Source: an uncultured Oligoflexia bacterium (lineage in GTDB: Bacteria > Bdellovibrionota > Bacteriovoracia > Bacteriovoracales > Bacteriovoracaceae). From it: a stretch of DNA of 64,000 nucleotides. The stretch covers positions 7,001 to 71,000 of the forward strand of contig CAXHCD010000010.1 of the NCBI GenBank assembly GCA_964015265.1. The letters run 5' to 3'. The notes beneath the pieces are model-generated. The model searched no databases. It was not told the origin of the DNA and was given only the letters and a program-made list of their open reading frames with translations. Positions 38,763-47,182 of the stretch are shown here, piece after piece. Positions within the stretch are counted from its first letter, which is position 1. The number at the start of each line of letters is the position of its first letter. The position numbers were made by a program, and so were the translations under genes.

Positions 38763-39866
38763 TTATGAAATCGACAACATGGTATCTAATGCAATAATTG
38801 AATTTTTAGTAATTTTATCCGAAACAGACACGATATTGATAGGTTTTTGTGCCTTAATTGCTCGAAAACTTGCAAGTAGCCATCTCGGTCTAACGCGATA
38901 CATTGTTGTACACAAACATTGGTATGGAGATAGTGAGCTAATTTCTTTATTTGGAAACATTGAAGATAATCTATTTACTAAATTTATCTCTGTTCCTACG
39001 ACCCATTTACTTCCTGCAGGGGCATCAGCAATAGTATTTATAATATGAGCTGTAGAACCATTTAAATGCGAAGCTTGAACAACATCAAAGTTACATTCTG
39101 GGTGAACAATTATTGTTGAATCAGGAGAGTTCTTTTTAACTGACTCTACTTGATCTTTAGTGAAACCTTGATGAACTGAACAGTAGCCGTACCATAAAAT
39201 TACTTTTGCTTTAGCTATTTGTTCTTTTGAAAGGCCACCTTGATACATATTTGGATTGTAAACAACCATATCTTCTAACGGTATTCCTAAATCGTAACAA
39301 GTATTTCTTCCTAAATGTTGATCGGGAAAAAATAAAAGCTTTTCACCTTTTTCTAAGGCCCAAGAAATAATTTTATGTGCATTTGAAGATGTACAAATAC
39401 TTCCACCGTTCTCACCAACAAAAGATTTTAACTTGGCATCACAATTTATATAGGTGATAGGTATAACTTTTTCATCCGTAGACTCGGCAATATATTTCCA
39501 AGCTTTTTCAATCTCTTCATTATTGGCCATGTCTGCCATTGAGCATCCGGCATTCAAATCAGGAAGAATTACTTTTTGATTTTCTTTCGTGAGCATATCA
39601 GCTGTTTCTGCCATAAAGTGCACACCACAAAAAATAATATATGGTTTATCCAGATTGGCTGCTTCTTTTGCTAGGGCCAATGAGTCACCCTTATAGTCGG
39701 CGAATTGGATAATTTCATCACTTTGATAGTGATGTCCTAAGACAACAACTTGATCTTTTAACTCTTCTTTTAATTTAAAAATTTCTTCTATTACTTTTTC
39801 GTCAGATAACTCTGTTTCAGAAATTTCAGGAATATAGTCTTTATTATCTTCAAATAAATTTAACAT
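38763..39866 (-). CDS. nadA: Quinolinate synthase
   Basis: FCGVHFMAETADML, GCSMADMA and YINCDA blocks, plus three conserved Cys regions. Confidence 0.9.
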   Translation of the reverse strand: MLNLFEDNKDYIPEISETELSDEKVIEEIFKLKEELKDQVVVLGHHYQSDEIIQFADYKGDSLALAKEAANLDKPYIIFCGVHFMAETADMLTKENQKVILPDLNAGCSMADMANNEEIEKAWKYIAESTDEKVIPITYINCDAKLKSFVGENGGSICTSSNAHKIISWALEKGEKLLFFPDQHLGRNTCYDLGIPLEDMVVYNPNMYQGGLSKEQIAKAKVILWYGYCSVHQGFTKDQVESVKKNSPDSTIIVHPECNFDVVQASHLNGSTAHIINTIADAPAGSKWVVGTEINLVNRLSSMFPNKEISSLSPYQCLCTTMYRVRPRWLLASFRAIKAQKPINIVSVSDKITKNSIIALDTMLSIS

Positions 39867-39869
39867 CTC

Positions 39870-40193
39870 TTACTCAATAATTTTATAACCGAGTTCTCCC
39901 CAGCCTAAAATTCCACCCTCTAAATTAGTTAAGTTTGAATAACCTTGCTCTTCTAGAAAGTGACAAGCATTTAAACTTCTTTTACCACTTCTACATTGCA
40001 TGATTATTTGTTTATCTTTGTATTCATTAAGTTCACTAAATCTTTCTTCAAGTACTGAAAGAGGAATTAACCTTGCTTCTTCAATATGTCCTGCATCCCA
40101 TTCATCTTGTTCACGACAATCAACTAAAATAAGCTCTTCGTTTTTATCTAATTTTGATTTTAATTCTTCAGAAGTGATCGATTTGATTGCCAT
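39870..40193 (-). CDS. Single-domain rhodanese sulfurtransferase
   Basis: Active-site loop CRSGKRS. 107 aa. AAGGA Shine-Dalgarno. Confidence 0.85.
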   Translation of the reverse strand: MAIKSITSEELKSKLDKNEELILVDCREQDEWDAGHIEEARLIPLSVLEERFSELNEYKDKQIIMQCRSGKRSLNACHFLEEQGYSNLTNLEGGILGWGELGYKIIE

Positions 40194-40232
40194 AAAATTA
40201 TTCCTTTTTGTTTGAATGCAAGTCCTAGAGGT

Positions 40233-40261
40233 CTTTTATAAAAATCAACTATTGACGTCAA
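40233..40261 (-). promoter_or_regulatory. Putative sigma70-type promoter of the rhodanese-nadA-desulfurase operon
   Basis: On the minus strand, TTGACG - 17 nt - TAAAAG lies about 40 nt upstream of the rhodanese ATG. The -35 lies in the palindrome TTGACGTCAA (40252-40261). Confidence 0.4.
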
Positions 40262-40314
40262 CTTTGATGTAAGGCGTTGTAAGACTATCACCTTAAAATT
40301 GTTGAGGTTAGGTT

Positions 40315-40344
40315 TTGACTTAGCGTGATAATTGGTTCTACAAT
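40315..40344 (+). promoter_or_regulatory. Putative sigma70-type promoter of parA
   Basis: TTGACT (40315-40320) - 18 nt - TACAAT (40339-40344). This would give a ~95-nt leader. Confidence 0.4.
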
Positions 40345-40447
40345 TTATTTATAGGACCACATTAAATAGGACCTGAACAACCAAGACGGGAAGTGAAGGC
40401 CGAAAGCACGAAGGTTCTTATGGGCCGGTGTGGACAGGAGGTTAAAC

Positions 40448-41221
40448 ATGGAAGTTATTACAGTGGCAAATAATAAGGGTGGCGTAGGGAAGACTATGCA
40501 ATGCTATCAATTGGCATCCCACCTTGCCAACAAAGGGAACAAAGTTCTTGTTATCGACTTAGACTCTCAAGCAAATTTAAGTTCTACGTTCGGTGTTCAA
40601 ATACAAAGAACATTGATACCGGAATGGTTAATTGGAGATGTTGATTTAGAAGATGTTCTAGTTCCTGCAGAAGGTAAGTTTAAATTCTTTGAAAATATCA
40701 CTGTTGTTCCATCAAGTAGACATTTAGCAAATTTATCAAAACTTTTAATTCTTTCAGAAGGTGAAATTAGAAAAAACTGTGGAAGAAAAGAAAGATTGAT
40801 GAGGAAAAGACTTCAACAAGCAGAGGGACTTTTTGATTATATTGTAATTGATACTCCTCCAATGCTTGGTGATGAATTAATTATGGCACTCGTTGCTTCA
40901 GATAGAATTTTAATTCCAACTCAAGCCCAAGATTACTCGATCGATGGTCTAGAAGAGTTAATGGATACATTTGAAATTATTAAAGAAACTGAAAATCCAG
41001 GTTTAAAGTTTGCAATTATTCCTTCAATGGTCAATTTGAGAAGAAAAATTGAAAGACAAAGAATGGAAGAACTGTCTCAGTCTTTTAAGATTACTCCGGC
41101 AATTAGAAATTTGGTTCAGATGCAAGAGTCGATTTCTACTAGAAGACCTGTATGTGATATGGGTAAAAAAACTAGGGGTTCTCAAGACTATAGTGAACTT
41201 TGGAATTATTTAGAACTTTAA
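40448..41221 (+). CDS. parA: ParA/Soj-family partition ATPase
   Basis: Deviant Walker A NNKGGVGKT. The start is moved to ATG 40448 (AGGAGG 6 nt upstream); the ORF-track GTG at 40430 runs through that Shine-Dalgarno. DTPP Walker B. Confidence 0.85.
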   Translation: MEVITVANNKGGVGKTMQCYQLASHLANKGNKVLVIDLDSQANLSSTFGVQIQRTLIPEWLIGDVDLEDVLVPAEGKFKFFENITVVPSSRHLANLSKLLILSEGEIRKNCGRKERLMRKRLQQAEGLFDYIVIDTPPMLGDELIMALVASDRILIPTQAQDYSIDGLEELMDTFEIIKETENPGLKFAIIPSMVNLRRKIERQRMEELSQSFKITPAIRNLVQMQESISTRRPVCDMGKKTRGSQDYSELWNYLEL

Positions 41222-41259
41222 AAACGATTTTAATTTTTTATCCAAGGAAGGAAAATAAT

Positions 41260-42144
41260 ATGGCAAAAACATTTGCTCCACGTGTTGCTAAGAAAAATAG
41301 AAAAACCTTAGATCTTTCTGAAAAATTAGGAAAAGATGTTTTCAGAATGAAAGATGATAGATTACTTCAAGGCGCAAATCTAGACGAAATTAATTTAAGA
41401 GATATTGATGTTAAGGAACAAGTAAGAACTAAGTTTAATGATAGTTCCATTAAAGAACTTGCCGAAAACATTAAGACAAATGGTTTAATTCAACCACTAG
41501 TACTACATAAGAAACGTGGAAAATATACTCTTATATGTGGTGAAAGACGTTATAGAGCAATGACATCTATTAATATGAAAAAATGTCCTTGTTTTGTAAT
41601 CGAAAATAAAACTGAACAAGAATTAATGGCAATTCAGTTTTCAGAAAACTCTTCAAGGGAAGCTCTCCACTATATAGATAAAGCAGATGGGATTTTAAAT
41701 TATCAAAAAGCTACAAAAGCGAGTGAAAGAAAAATTACAGCAGCTCTTGGTATTTCTAAGTCAGAAGTTCATAGAAGTCTTATGATTGCGAAGATGGCAA
41801 AGAAAATAAAAGAAGCAGCAAAGGTTCACAATATAGAAAAATATGTTCTTCTTGAGTATGATGCTCTTTCATCTTCACCATTAAAAAAGAAAGTTGAAAA
41901 ATTAATTTTAAATGGAGAAGTTACTAAGAGAGCACAACTTAAAAAAGTTATTAAGGATGGCGGAGTATTATCTACTTCAAGAAAGAAAAAGGCAGCTAAA
42001 ACAGCCTCATTACCTCCGGGACTTTCGGCCAGTGCCTTTATTAAAGCTATGAATTCTAAATCTAAGGACATGAAATTAGATAAGAAAACAAAAGATGCTT
42101 TAAAAAAATTAATGGCGGAAGCAAAAGATATTGTTGATGTGTAA
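41260..42144 (+). CDS. parB: ParB/Spo0J-family partition protein
   Basis: ParB box GLIQPLVL...ICGERRYRAM, HTH ITAALGISKSEVHRSL and a Lys-rich C-terminus. The start is moved to ATG 41260 (AAGGAAGG upstream). Confidence 0.85.
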   Translation: MAKTFAPRVAKKNRKTLDLSEKLGKDVFRMKDDRLLQGANLDEINLRDIDVKEQVRTKFNDSSIKELAENIKTNGLIQPLVLHKKRGKYTLICGERRYRAMTSINMKKCPCFVIENKTEQELMAIQFSENSSREALHYIDKADGILNYQKATKASERKITAALGISKSEVHRSLMIAKMAKKIKEAAKVHNIEKYVLLEYDALSSSPLKKKVEKLILNGEVTKRAQLKKVIKDGGVLSTSRKKKAAKTASLPPGLSASAFIKAMNSKSKDMKLDKKTKDALKKLMAEAKDIVDV

Positions 42145-42189
42145 TCAAATATTAATTGTATTTATTAACTACTAGGGAAGGAGATAAAA

Positions 42190-42660
42190 ATGAGGTCAAT
42201 CAAAACAGGACTTCTATTGGCATTTTTCATGTCAGTATTTTCATTAGCGACGAATGCTAAACATTATGGAATGGCAGGTTGTGGACTAGGTTCACTTGTA
42301 TTTCAAGATCAACCAGGAATGATTCAAGTTGTAGCCGCAACTTTGAATGCTACTGGTGAACAAACATTTGGTATTACTACAGGTACTTCAAATTGCCATG
42401 AACATTCAGGAAATATGGCGAAAATGTACATCAATGTTAACCATGTTGCTTTTTTAAAAGATATTGCAAAAGGACAAGGTGAGACTATAGATGCACTAGC
42501 GAAAATGTATGGTTGTGATTCATCTGAATTAGGGTCAACATTAAAATTTAATATTGAAAGAGTTCAGCCATCTGAACAAACTTCTCCTTTAGAAATCGGA
42601 AACAATGTTGAATCGATTTTAAAAGATAAGTTATCAAACTCTTGTAAATCACTTTCATAA
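42190..42660 (+). CDS. Secreted DUF3015-like protein (paralogue 1)
   Basis: Signal peptide, then YGMAGCGLGS...FGITTGTSNC. It shares these blocks with the next gene. GGAAGGAG Shine-Dalgarno. The family assignment is from memory. Confidence 0.55.
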   Translation: MRSIKTGLLLAFFMSVFSLATNAKHYGMAGCGLGSLVFQDQPGMIQVVAATLNATGEQTFGITTGTSNCHEHSGNMAKMYINVNHVAFLKDIAKGQGETIDALAKMYGCDSSELGSTLKFNIERVQPSEQTSPLEIGNNVESILKDKLSNSCKSLS

Positions 42661-42679
42661 TTTAGGGTAGGAGAAAGAA

Positions 42680-43228
42680 ATGAAATTTTTAACATATTTA
42701 GTAATTGGACTTTTGACATTTTCATTAGTTGTTGAAGAAGCACTTGCAAAGAAGAAAAAAAGAAAAAAGAGAAGAAAGAAGAGAATGAAAATGAGCAAAT
42801 CTTGGGAAAGACCATATGGTATGGCCGGTTGTGGACTTGGTAGTATCGTTATGGGAAAAAGAGGATCACAAATTTTTGCATCTACAACTAATGGAACTTC
42901 AGGATCTCAAATTTTTGGTATAACTACTGGGACTTCAAACTGTGTAGATACTCCAATGGGAAAAGTAGCTCTTAAAATTGATGACTATGTTCACGTAAAT
43001 AAAGTTGCTATTGCTTCAGATATGGCAAGGGGAACAGGTGAAAATTTAACAGTTATGGCAAAGATCTTAGGTTGCCAGGATCAAAAAGCATTTAACGATT
43101 CTATGAAAAATAACTTCAAGACTATCTTTAAGTCACATACTGAAAATGTAATAGACATTACTGATTCAGTAATTAATACTGTCTTAGAAGATGAGAAACT
43201 TAATTGTAAAAATATTACTTTATCTTAG
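42680..43228 (+). CDS. DUF3015-like protein (paralogue 2) with a polybasic insert after the hydrophobic N-terminus
   Basis: YGMAGCGLGS and FGITTGTSNC blocks as in paralogue 1. KKKKRKKRRKKRMKM immediately follows the N-terminal hydrophobic segment. Confidence 0.55.
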   Translation: MKFLTYLVIGLLTFSLVVEEALAKKKKRKKRRKKRMKMSKSWERPYGMAGCGLGSIVMGKRGSQIFASTTNGTSGSQIFGITTGTSNCVDTPMGKVALKIDDYVHVNKVAIASDMARGTGENLTVMAKILGCQDQKAFNDSMKNNFKTIFKSHTENVIDITDSVINTVLEDEKLNCKNITLS

Positions 43229-45092
43229 TATAATTACTGGCCTGGGGTATTCAACCCCAGGCTTTTCAAATCCATTAAATATCCCAGAAGAAAAATTAAA
43301 AAAACTAGCTTATTCAAAAGAATGGTTAAGACTTGTTCATTACGATAAAGGCCTATTTGGGTTCAGCGCTAGGGCCGATGGTAAAAACTTCTATTTGGCA
43401 GAAGATGGAAAAACAAACCCATTCTCTGAATTAAAGGCCTCTATAAAGCATTTTTTAAATGAAGAAAGTAGTAGAGAGGATCATCCTATTTGCCAATTTC
43501 CTGCTAGAGTAAAGTGGATTGAAAAAGTTTTTCCTAAAATTGATATTCCAGAAATGAGTTGTGAAGATTATGAAAAGTTTGTAGAACGTGTTGATTTAAA
43601 TAAAGTCTACTTAGTTTTTTCTTCTTATTATTTAAATAATCCCTCATCTGCTTATGGGCATACGTTTTTAAGATTTTCTAGGTCAAATGAACACTCTTAT
43701 TCACATGAGCTAATGGACAGTGGGATTAATTTTGCAGCGAACCCCACAACAACGAATCCTCTTGCATATGCCGTTATGGGAATAATAGGAGGGTTTAAAG
43801 GTCATCTAACAAATATTCCATATTATTATAAAGTTAGAGAGTATAATGATTTTGAATCGAGAGATTTATGGTCCTATGAGCTCAATTTAAATAAAGATGA
43901 AATGGAAATGCTAGTCGCTCATGTTTGGGAGATTGGTGGAACTTATTTTGATTATTTTTATTTCACCGAAAATTGTTCGTACTTAATTTTTGCTGCTCTT
44001 GAGGCTGCAAAACCTAGTTTAAATTTATTAGATAATCTTCCTTTTTGGATAATTCCAAGTGATACAGTCTTAACTGCTATTGAAACAAAAGGTCTTGTTA
44101 AAAATATTTATTATAGGCCATCGATAAGAAAACAGTTTTATCATAAGTTGAAGTTATTAGATGAAGTTGAAAAGAAAATTCTGAAAAAGAGCTTAATTAA
44201 TCAAGATCCAATAATTAAAGACAATATTTCAGAAGAAAGAAAGGCTAAAATCTTAGATACGGCCCTTGATTATATTGATTATAAACATCCTGAACAAAAT
44301 AATACTAAAAAAGATCTAACGAAAAAAAGTATTAAAGTTAAGCAAAAATTCTTATTTGCAAGGGCGAGAAATAAAACAATTTCTCCTAAAATTACTGTTC
44401 CAATGCCTCTAGAAGAAGCTCCACATTTAGGGCATAACTCTTCTAGGTTTTCTATTTCGAGTGAAAAATTTTTAAATGAAGATGCTATAAGAATTGAGCA
44501 AAGATTTTCTCATCATGATTTTTTAGATAGATCTGTTGGCTATCCTGAAACAGCTCAAATTGAAATGTTTAATATATCTGGACGTTATCTTTTAGACTCA
44601 AAAGATATTGAACTTGATAAATTCACGTTATTAAAAATTAAATCTTTTTCTCCTCTTTCATATTTTGAAAAACCAACATCATGGCAATTGGAATTGAGTT
44701 TGAAAAAAGATCTTAGCTCGAATTGTGACTTATGTGACTCTGTGAATTTTCAAACTGGCTTTGGTCATACACTATCTTTTTTTAATGAAAAGTTAATGGC
44801 CTATACTTTGTGGAATGTTAGAGCAAATTATTCACCAAGCTATTTTAATGAAGAGTTTTTATTAACTCTTTTTCCAGAGGTAGGCCTTTTAATTTTCTTA
44901 AATAGTAAAATAAGAGCAAGTATTGCTTATCAGTATTTATTTTATTTTAATGGTCAAAATAATTATGAGTATACACTGAATACTCAGCTAAGATTTTCTC
45001 TTTCTCAAAACTTCGCAATAGATATGAAGGCCAATCTTCTTAGAGATTTTGACAGTAAAGTTTTCTCTCTAGGAATAAATTATTATTATTAA
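43191..45092 (+). CDS. DUF4105 (Lnb N-terminal-like) domain protein with a C-terminal beta-barrel-like region
   Basis: YLVFSSYYLNNPSSAYGHTFLRF block typical of DUF4105. Signal peptide. The C-terminal third has an alternating pattern ending ...FSLGINYYY (OMP-like aromatic terminus). Confidence 0.55.
   Translation: MRNLIVKILLYLSIITGLGYSTPGFSNPLNIPEEKLKKLAYSKEWLRLVHYDKGLFGFSARADGKNFYLAEDGKTNPFSELKASIKHFLNEESSREDHPICQFPARVKWIEKVFPKIDIPEMSCEDYEKFVERVDLNKVYLVFSSYYLNNPSSAYGHTFLRFSRSNEHSYSHELMDSGINFAANPTTTNPLAYAVMGIIGGFKGHLTNIPYYYKVREYNDFESRDLWSYELNLNKDEMEMLVAHVWEIGGTYFDYFYFTENCSYLIFAALEAAKPSLNLLDNLPFWIIPSDTVLTAIETKGLVKNIYYRPSIRKQFYHKLKLLDEVEKKILKKSLINQDPIIKDNISEERKAKILDTALDYIDYKHPEQNNTKKDLTKKSIKVKQKFLFARARNKTISPKITVPMPLEEAPHLGHNSSRFSISSEKFLNEDAIRIEQRFSHHDFLDRSVGYPETAQIEMFNISGRYLLDSKDIELDKFTLLKIKSFSPLSYFEKPTSWQLELSLKKDLSSNCDLCDSVNFQTGFGHTLSFFNEKLMAYTLWNVRANYSPSYFNEEFLLTLFPEVGLLIFLNSKIRASIAYQYLFYFNGQNNYEYTLNTQLRFSLSQNFAIDMKANLLRDFDSKVFSLGINYYY
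43241..43267 (+). other. Intracistronic hairpin just after the DUF3015 paralogue-2 stop
   Basis: CCTGGGG-TATTCAA-CCCCAGG followed by CTTTTC. It lies within the signal-peptide codons of the DUF4105 gene. Confidence 0.35.
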
Positions 45093-45707
45093 TTATTTTA
45101 GCTTTGATTTATCAAAGCTATCTTTTGCTTTTTTATCCCAATACTTGTTTATAAATTTATCTCTACCAGAGTTAAATCTATAGAATTTATATTTAATTTT
45201 ACTCTTTTTATAATAATCCTGATGATAGTCTTCAGCCGGATAAAACGTAGTGAATTTTTCTAATTTTGTAACGATAGGTTTTTTAAAAATTTTTAACTTA
45301 TTTAATTCTTTAATAGAACTTTCTGATATCTTTTTTTGTTCTTCATCATGATAATAAATTGCAGATGTATATTGAAATCCTTGATCTACAAACTGTCCGT
45401 TTGGATCAGTTGGGTCTATATTTTGCCAAAATACTTTCACAAGTTTTTCAAAACTAACAAGCTTTGGATCATAAGTAACTTGAACAACCTCTCTGTGTTT
45501 TGTACTTCCACTAGATACATCTTTATAAGTTGGATTAGCTTTAGTTCCTCCACCATATCCAGAGATAACAGATTTGACTCCCTTTAATTTTTCAAATGGA
45601 GGTTCCATGCACCAAAAACATCCACCAGCAAAAGTTGCTTTAGAAAGTGTTTGTGAATATGTGTTCAAAGAAAACAAGATTGAAATTAAAAATAAAGATA
45701 CCTTCAT
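45093..45707 (-). CDS. msrA: Peptide-methionine (S)-S-oxide reductase with a signal peptide
   Basis: GGCFWCMEPPF active-site motif, EVVQVTYDP and HQDYY. N-terminal MKVSLFLISILFSLNTYS. Confidence 0.88.
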   Translation of the reverse strand: MKVSLFLISILFSLNTYSQTLSKATFAGGCFWCMEPPFEKLKGVKSVISGYGGGTKANPTYKDVSSGSTKHREVVQVTYDPKLVSFEKLVKVFWQNIDPTDPNGQFVDQGFQYTSAIYYHDEEQKKISESSIKELNKLKIFKKPIVTKLEKFTTFYPAEDYHQDYYKKSKIKYKFYRFNSGRDKFINKYWDKKAKDSFDKSKLK

Positions 45708-45845
45708 ATTCTATCCTCTAGTGAAAAAAATTTTATAGGCCGATTAAAACTTTTACAAAAATAAATATACAACTAATTATATTTACATGTAAAAAATGGC
45801 ACAAACATTGCTCTATATATTAGTGTAATAACTTTGGAGAATGTT

Positions 45846-46058
45846 ATGAAATTTTTTGGGGTGGTTTTTGCCACCGCCTTAACATTTAGTGGCGACTATA
45901 TAGTGGACAATTCTTCTGTTCAGCAAGAAGGTAGAAGTCCAAGTGTTGTTTCCTTAAATATAGAGAGAAGTATATCTTCCAACTTCGAACTTTTAGGTTC
46001 TAAGTCTGACGATAATGATCTTTATAGAGCTCCAGCTATAATCATAAGCGAAGATTAA
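45846..46058 (+). CDS. Small secreted hypothetical protein
   Basis: ATG 45846 has GGAGA 5 nt upstream (the ORF-track TTG at 45834 is less likely). MKFFGVVFATALTFSG is signal-like. Confidence 0.3.
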   Translation: MKFFGVVFATALTFSGDYIVDNSSVQQEGRSPSVVSLNIERSISSNFELLGSKSDDNDLYRAPAIIISED

Positions 46059-46285
46059 AAACTAAATTTATTTTAATTTGAGGGCAAGTATCTGATTTTG
46101 CTTGTTTTTAAACTTTTGTATAAAAACATAAATAGTTTGTGAAAAATATACACAATGTTAAAATATTAGACAGGTATGACTTCGTAATTACAGATGCTTA
46201 TCTGCTTTTAATAGTTGTAATTTTTGGCATTGCCATTGCAATAATAAATACAGAAAGAGAGAGTAATAGAGAGGTAATTAAGTTT

Positions 46286-47089
46286 ATGAAGACACTTAGG
46301 ATATCTACATTAATAGTTTGTTTCGCTTTAATCTTAAGCAAAGCTCATTGTAGAAATCTATCTCAAACTATAACTCTAGAGCAGTTAAATACATTAGAAA
46401 AATCAAATAATAGAGCACCTGGTGCTTTTATACCGAGCGACTCAATTGAAGAGAGTCCTGTATCTCATGAAATCTGGATTAACGAGTTTTTATCTAATGA
46501 TGAGCATGGAATTCTAAGTGAAGTAAGAGACCAAATCAATAATTGGATTGAGATGGAAGAAAATGAAAAAAGGTTTAACTTAGAAGAGACAGGTTTAGTT
46601 GAAATTCCTTCAAATGGAACTCAAAAAAATTATATTTCTAAAAAGCTTTTAAAGTATGTAGATAAAAGAATTTCTGGTGAAATTAAAAATGCACCTGAAG
46701 GCTCTAATTGGAAAAAAGTGGGCGAAGTGCAAACTGCCTTAAAACCACAGACAAGAGTTGGCATTACTAAAACTATTAAATTAAAGTTTAAGGCCAGAGT
46801 TTTAAGTGGTAGGGCGATAATGAATGTTGAAAACCCATATGTTGACGCTAATGCTACATATAGCTTATCGGGTAAGGCCCATGTAAATATCTCTAAGGAC
46901 TTCAAGGAATTAGGGGTAAAGAGTGCTGTTGAATATGATGTTAAAAACGGTCAATATTTTGCTTATGTTGATAAAAATCTTACTGATTCAATTAGGGCCA
47001 GAATCTCTTCAAGTCAAAGTGACAAGGATATGGCATTTTCAGAAAACGCTGACAAAAGGCTTGAACTTCTTTACGGAATTGGCTTTTAA
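46286..47089 (+). CDS. Secreted hypothetical protein, OMP-like C-terminus
   Basis: Internal ATG 46286 gives the signal peptide MKTLRISTLIVCFALILSKAHC with AGAGAGG upstream. The protein ends ...LLYGIGF. The ORF-track start at 46139 would add 49 aa. Confidence 0.5.
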   Translation: MKTLRISTLIVCFALILSKAHCRNLSQTITLEQLNTLEKSNNRAPGAFIPSDSIEESPVSHEIWINEFLSNDEHGILSEVRDQINNWIEMEENEKRFNLEETGLVEIPSNGTQKNYISKKLLKYVDKRISGEIKNAPEGSNWKKVGEVQTALKPQTRVGITKTIKLKFKARVLSGRAIMNVENPYVDANATYSLSGKAHVNISKDFKELGVKSAVEYDVKNGQYFAYVDKNLTDSIRARISSSQSDKDMAFSENADKRLELLYGIGF

Positions 47090-47182
47090 AATATCCTAAT
47101 AATTGCAATTATTCGTTGATCTTTTAATAGTTCGGATCTAACCTTCATTAAATTTATTATTAAAAATCTAAGGGGAAAAGCG

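Noticed and set aside
40351-40447. Possible known RNA family (SRP RNA, c-di-GMP or other riboswitch) in the parA leader
   Set aside because: I compared it by eye with the SRP domain IV and GEMM-I conserved cores and could not match either. I keep it only as an unclassified GC-rich leader. An Infernal scan is needed.
41279-41284. CACGTG core as a candidate parS
   Set aside because: The flanks (GCTC-CACGTG-TTGC) do not form the TGTTTCACGTGAAACA-type 16-bp palindrome. I found no other parS-like site in the window.
42748-42785. 38-nt polypurine tract as a non-coding repeat or mobile-element scar
   Set aside because: It is in frame and encodes the KKKKRKKRRKKR block of a protein whose flanks are conserved with its paralogue. 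I treat it as a coding feature in the findings.
46139-46285. N-terminal 49-codon extension of the 46139 ORF
   Set aside because: The internal ATG at 46286 has a better Shine-Dalgarno and yields a canonical signal peptide. The extension (GTG start) would bury that peptide.
47098-47113. Perfect 16-bp palindrome AATAATTGCAATTATT upstream of gdh
   Set aside because: By my rough estimate, one or two AT-only 16-bp palindromes are expected by chance in 64 kb of this composition. There is no second copy or half-site array, so I do not call it an operator.
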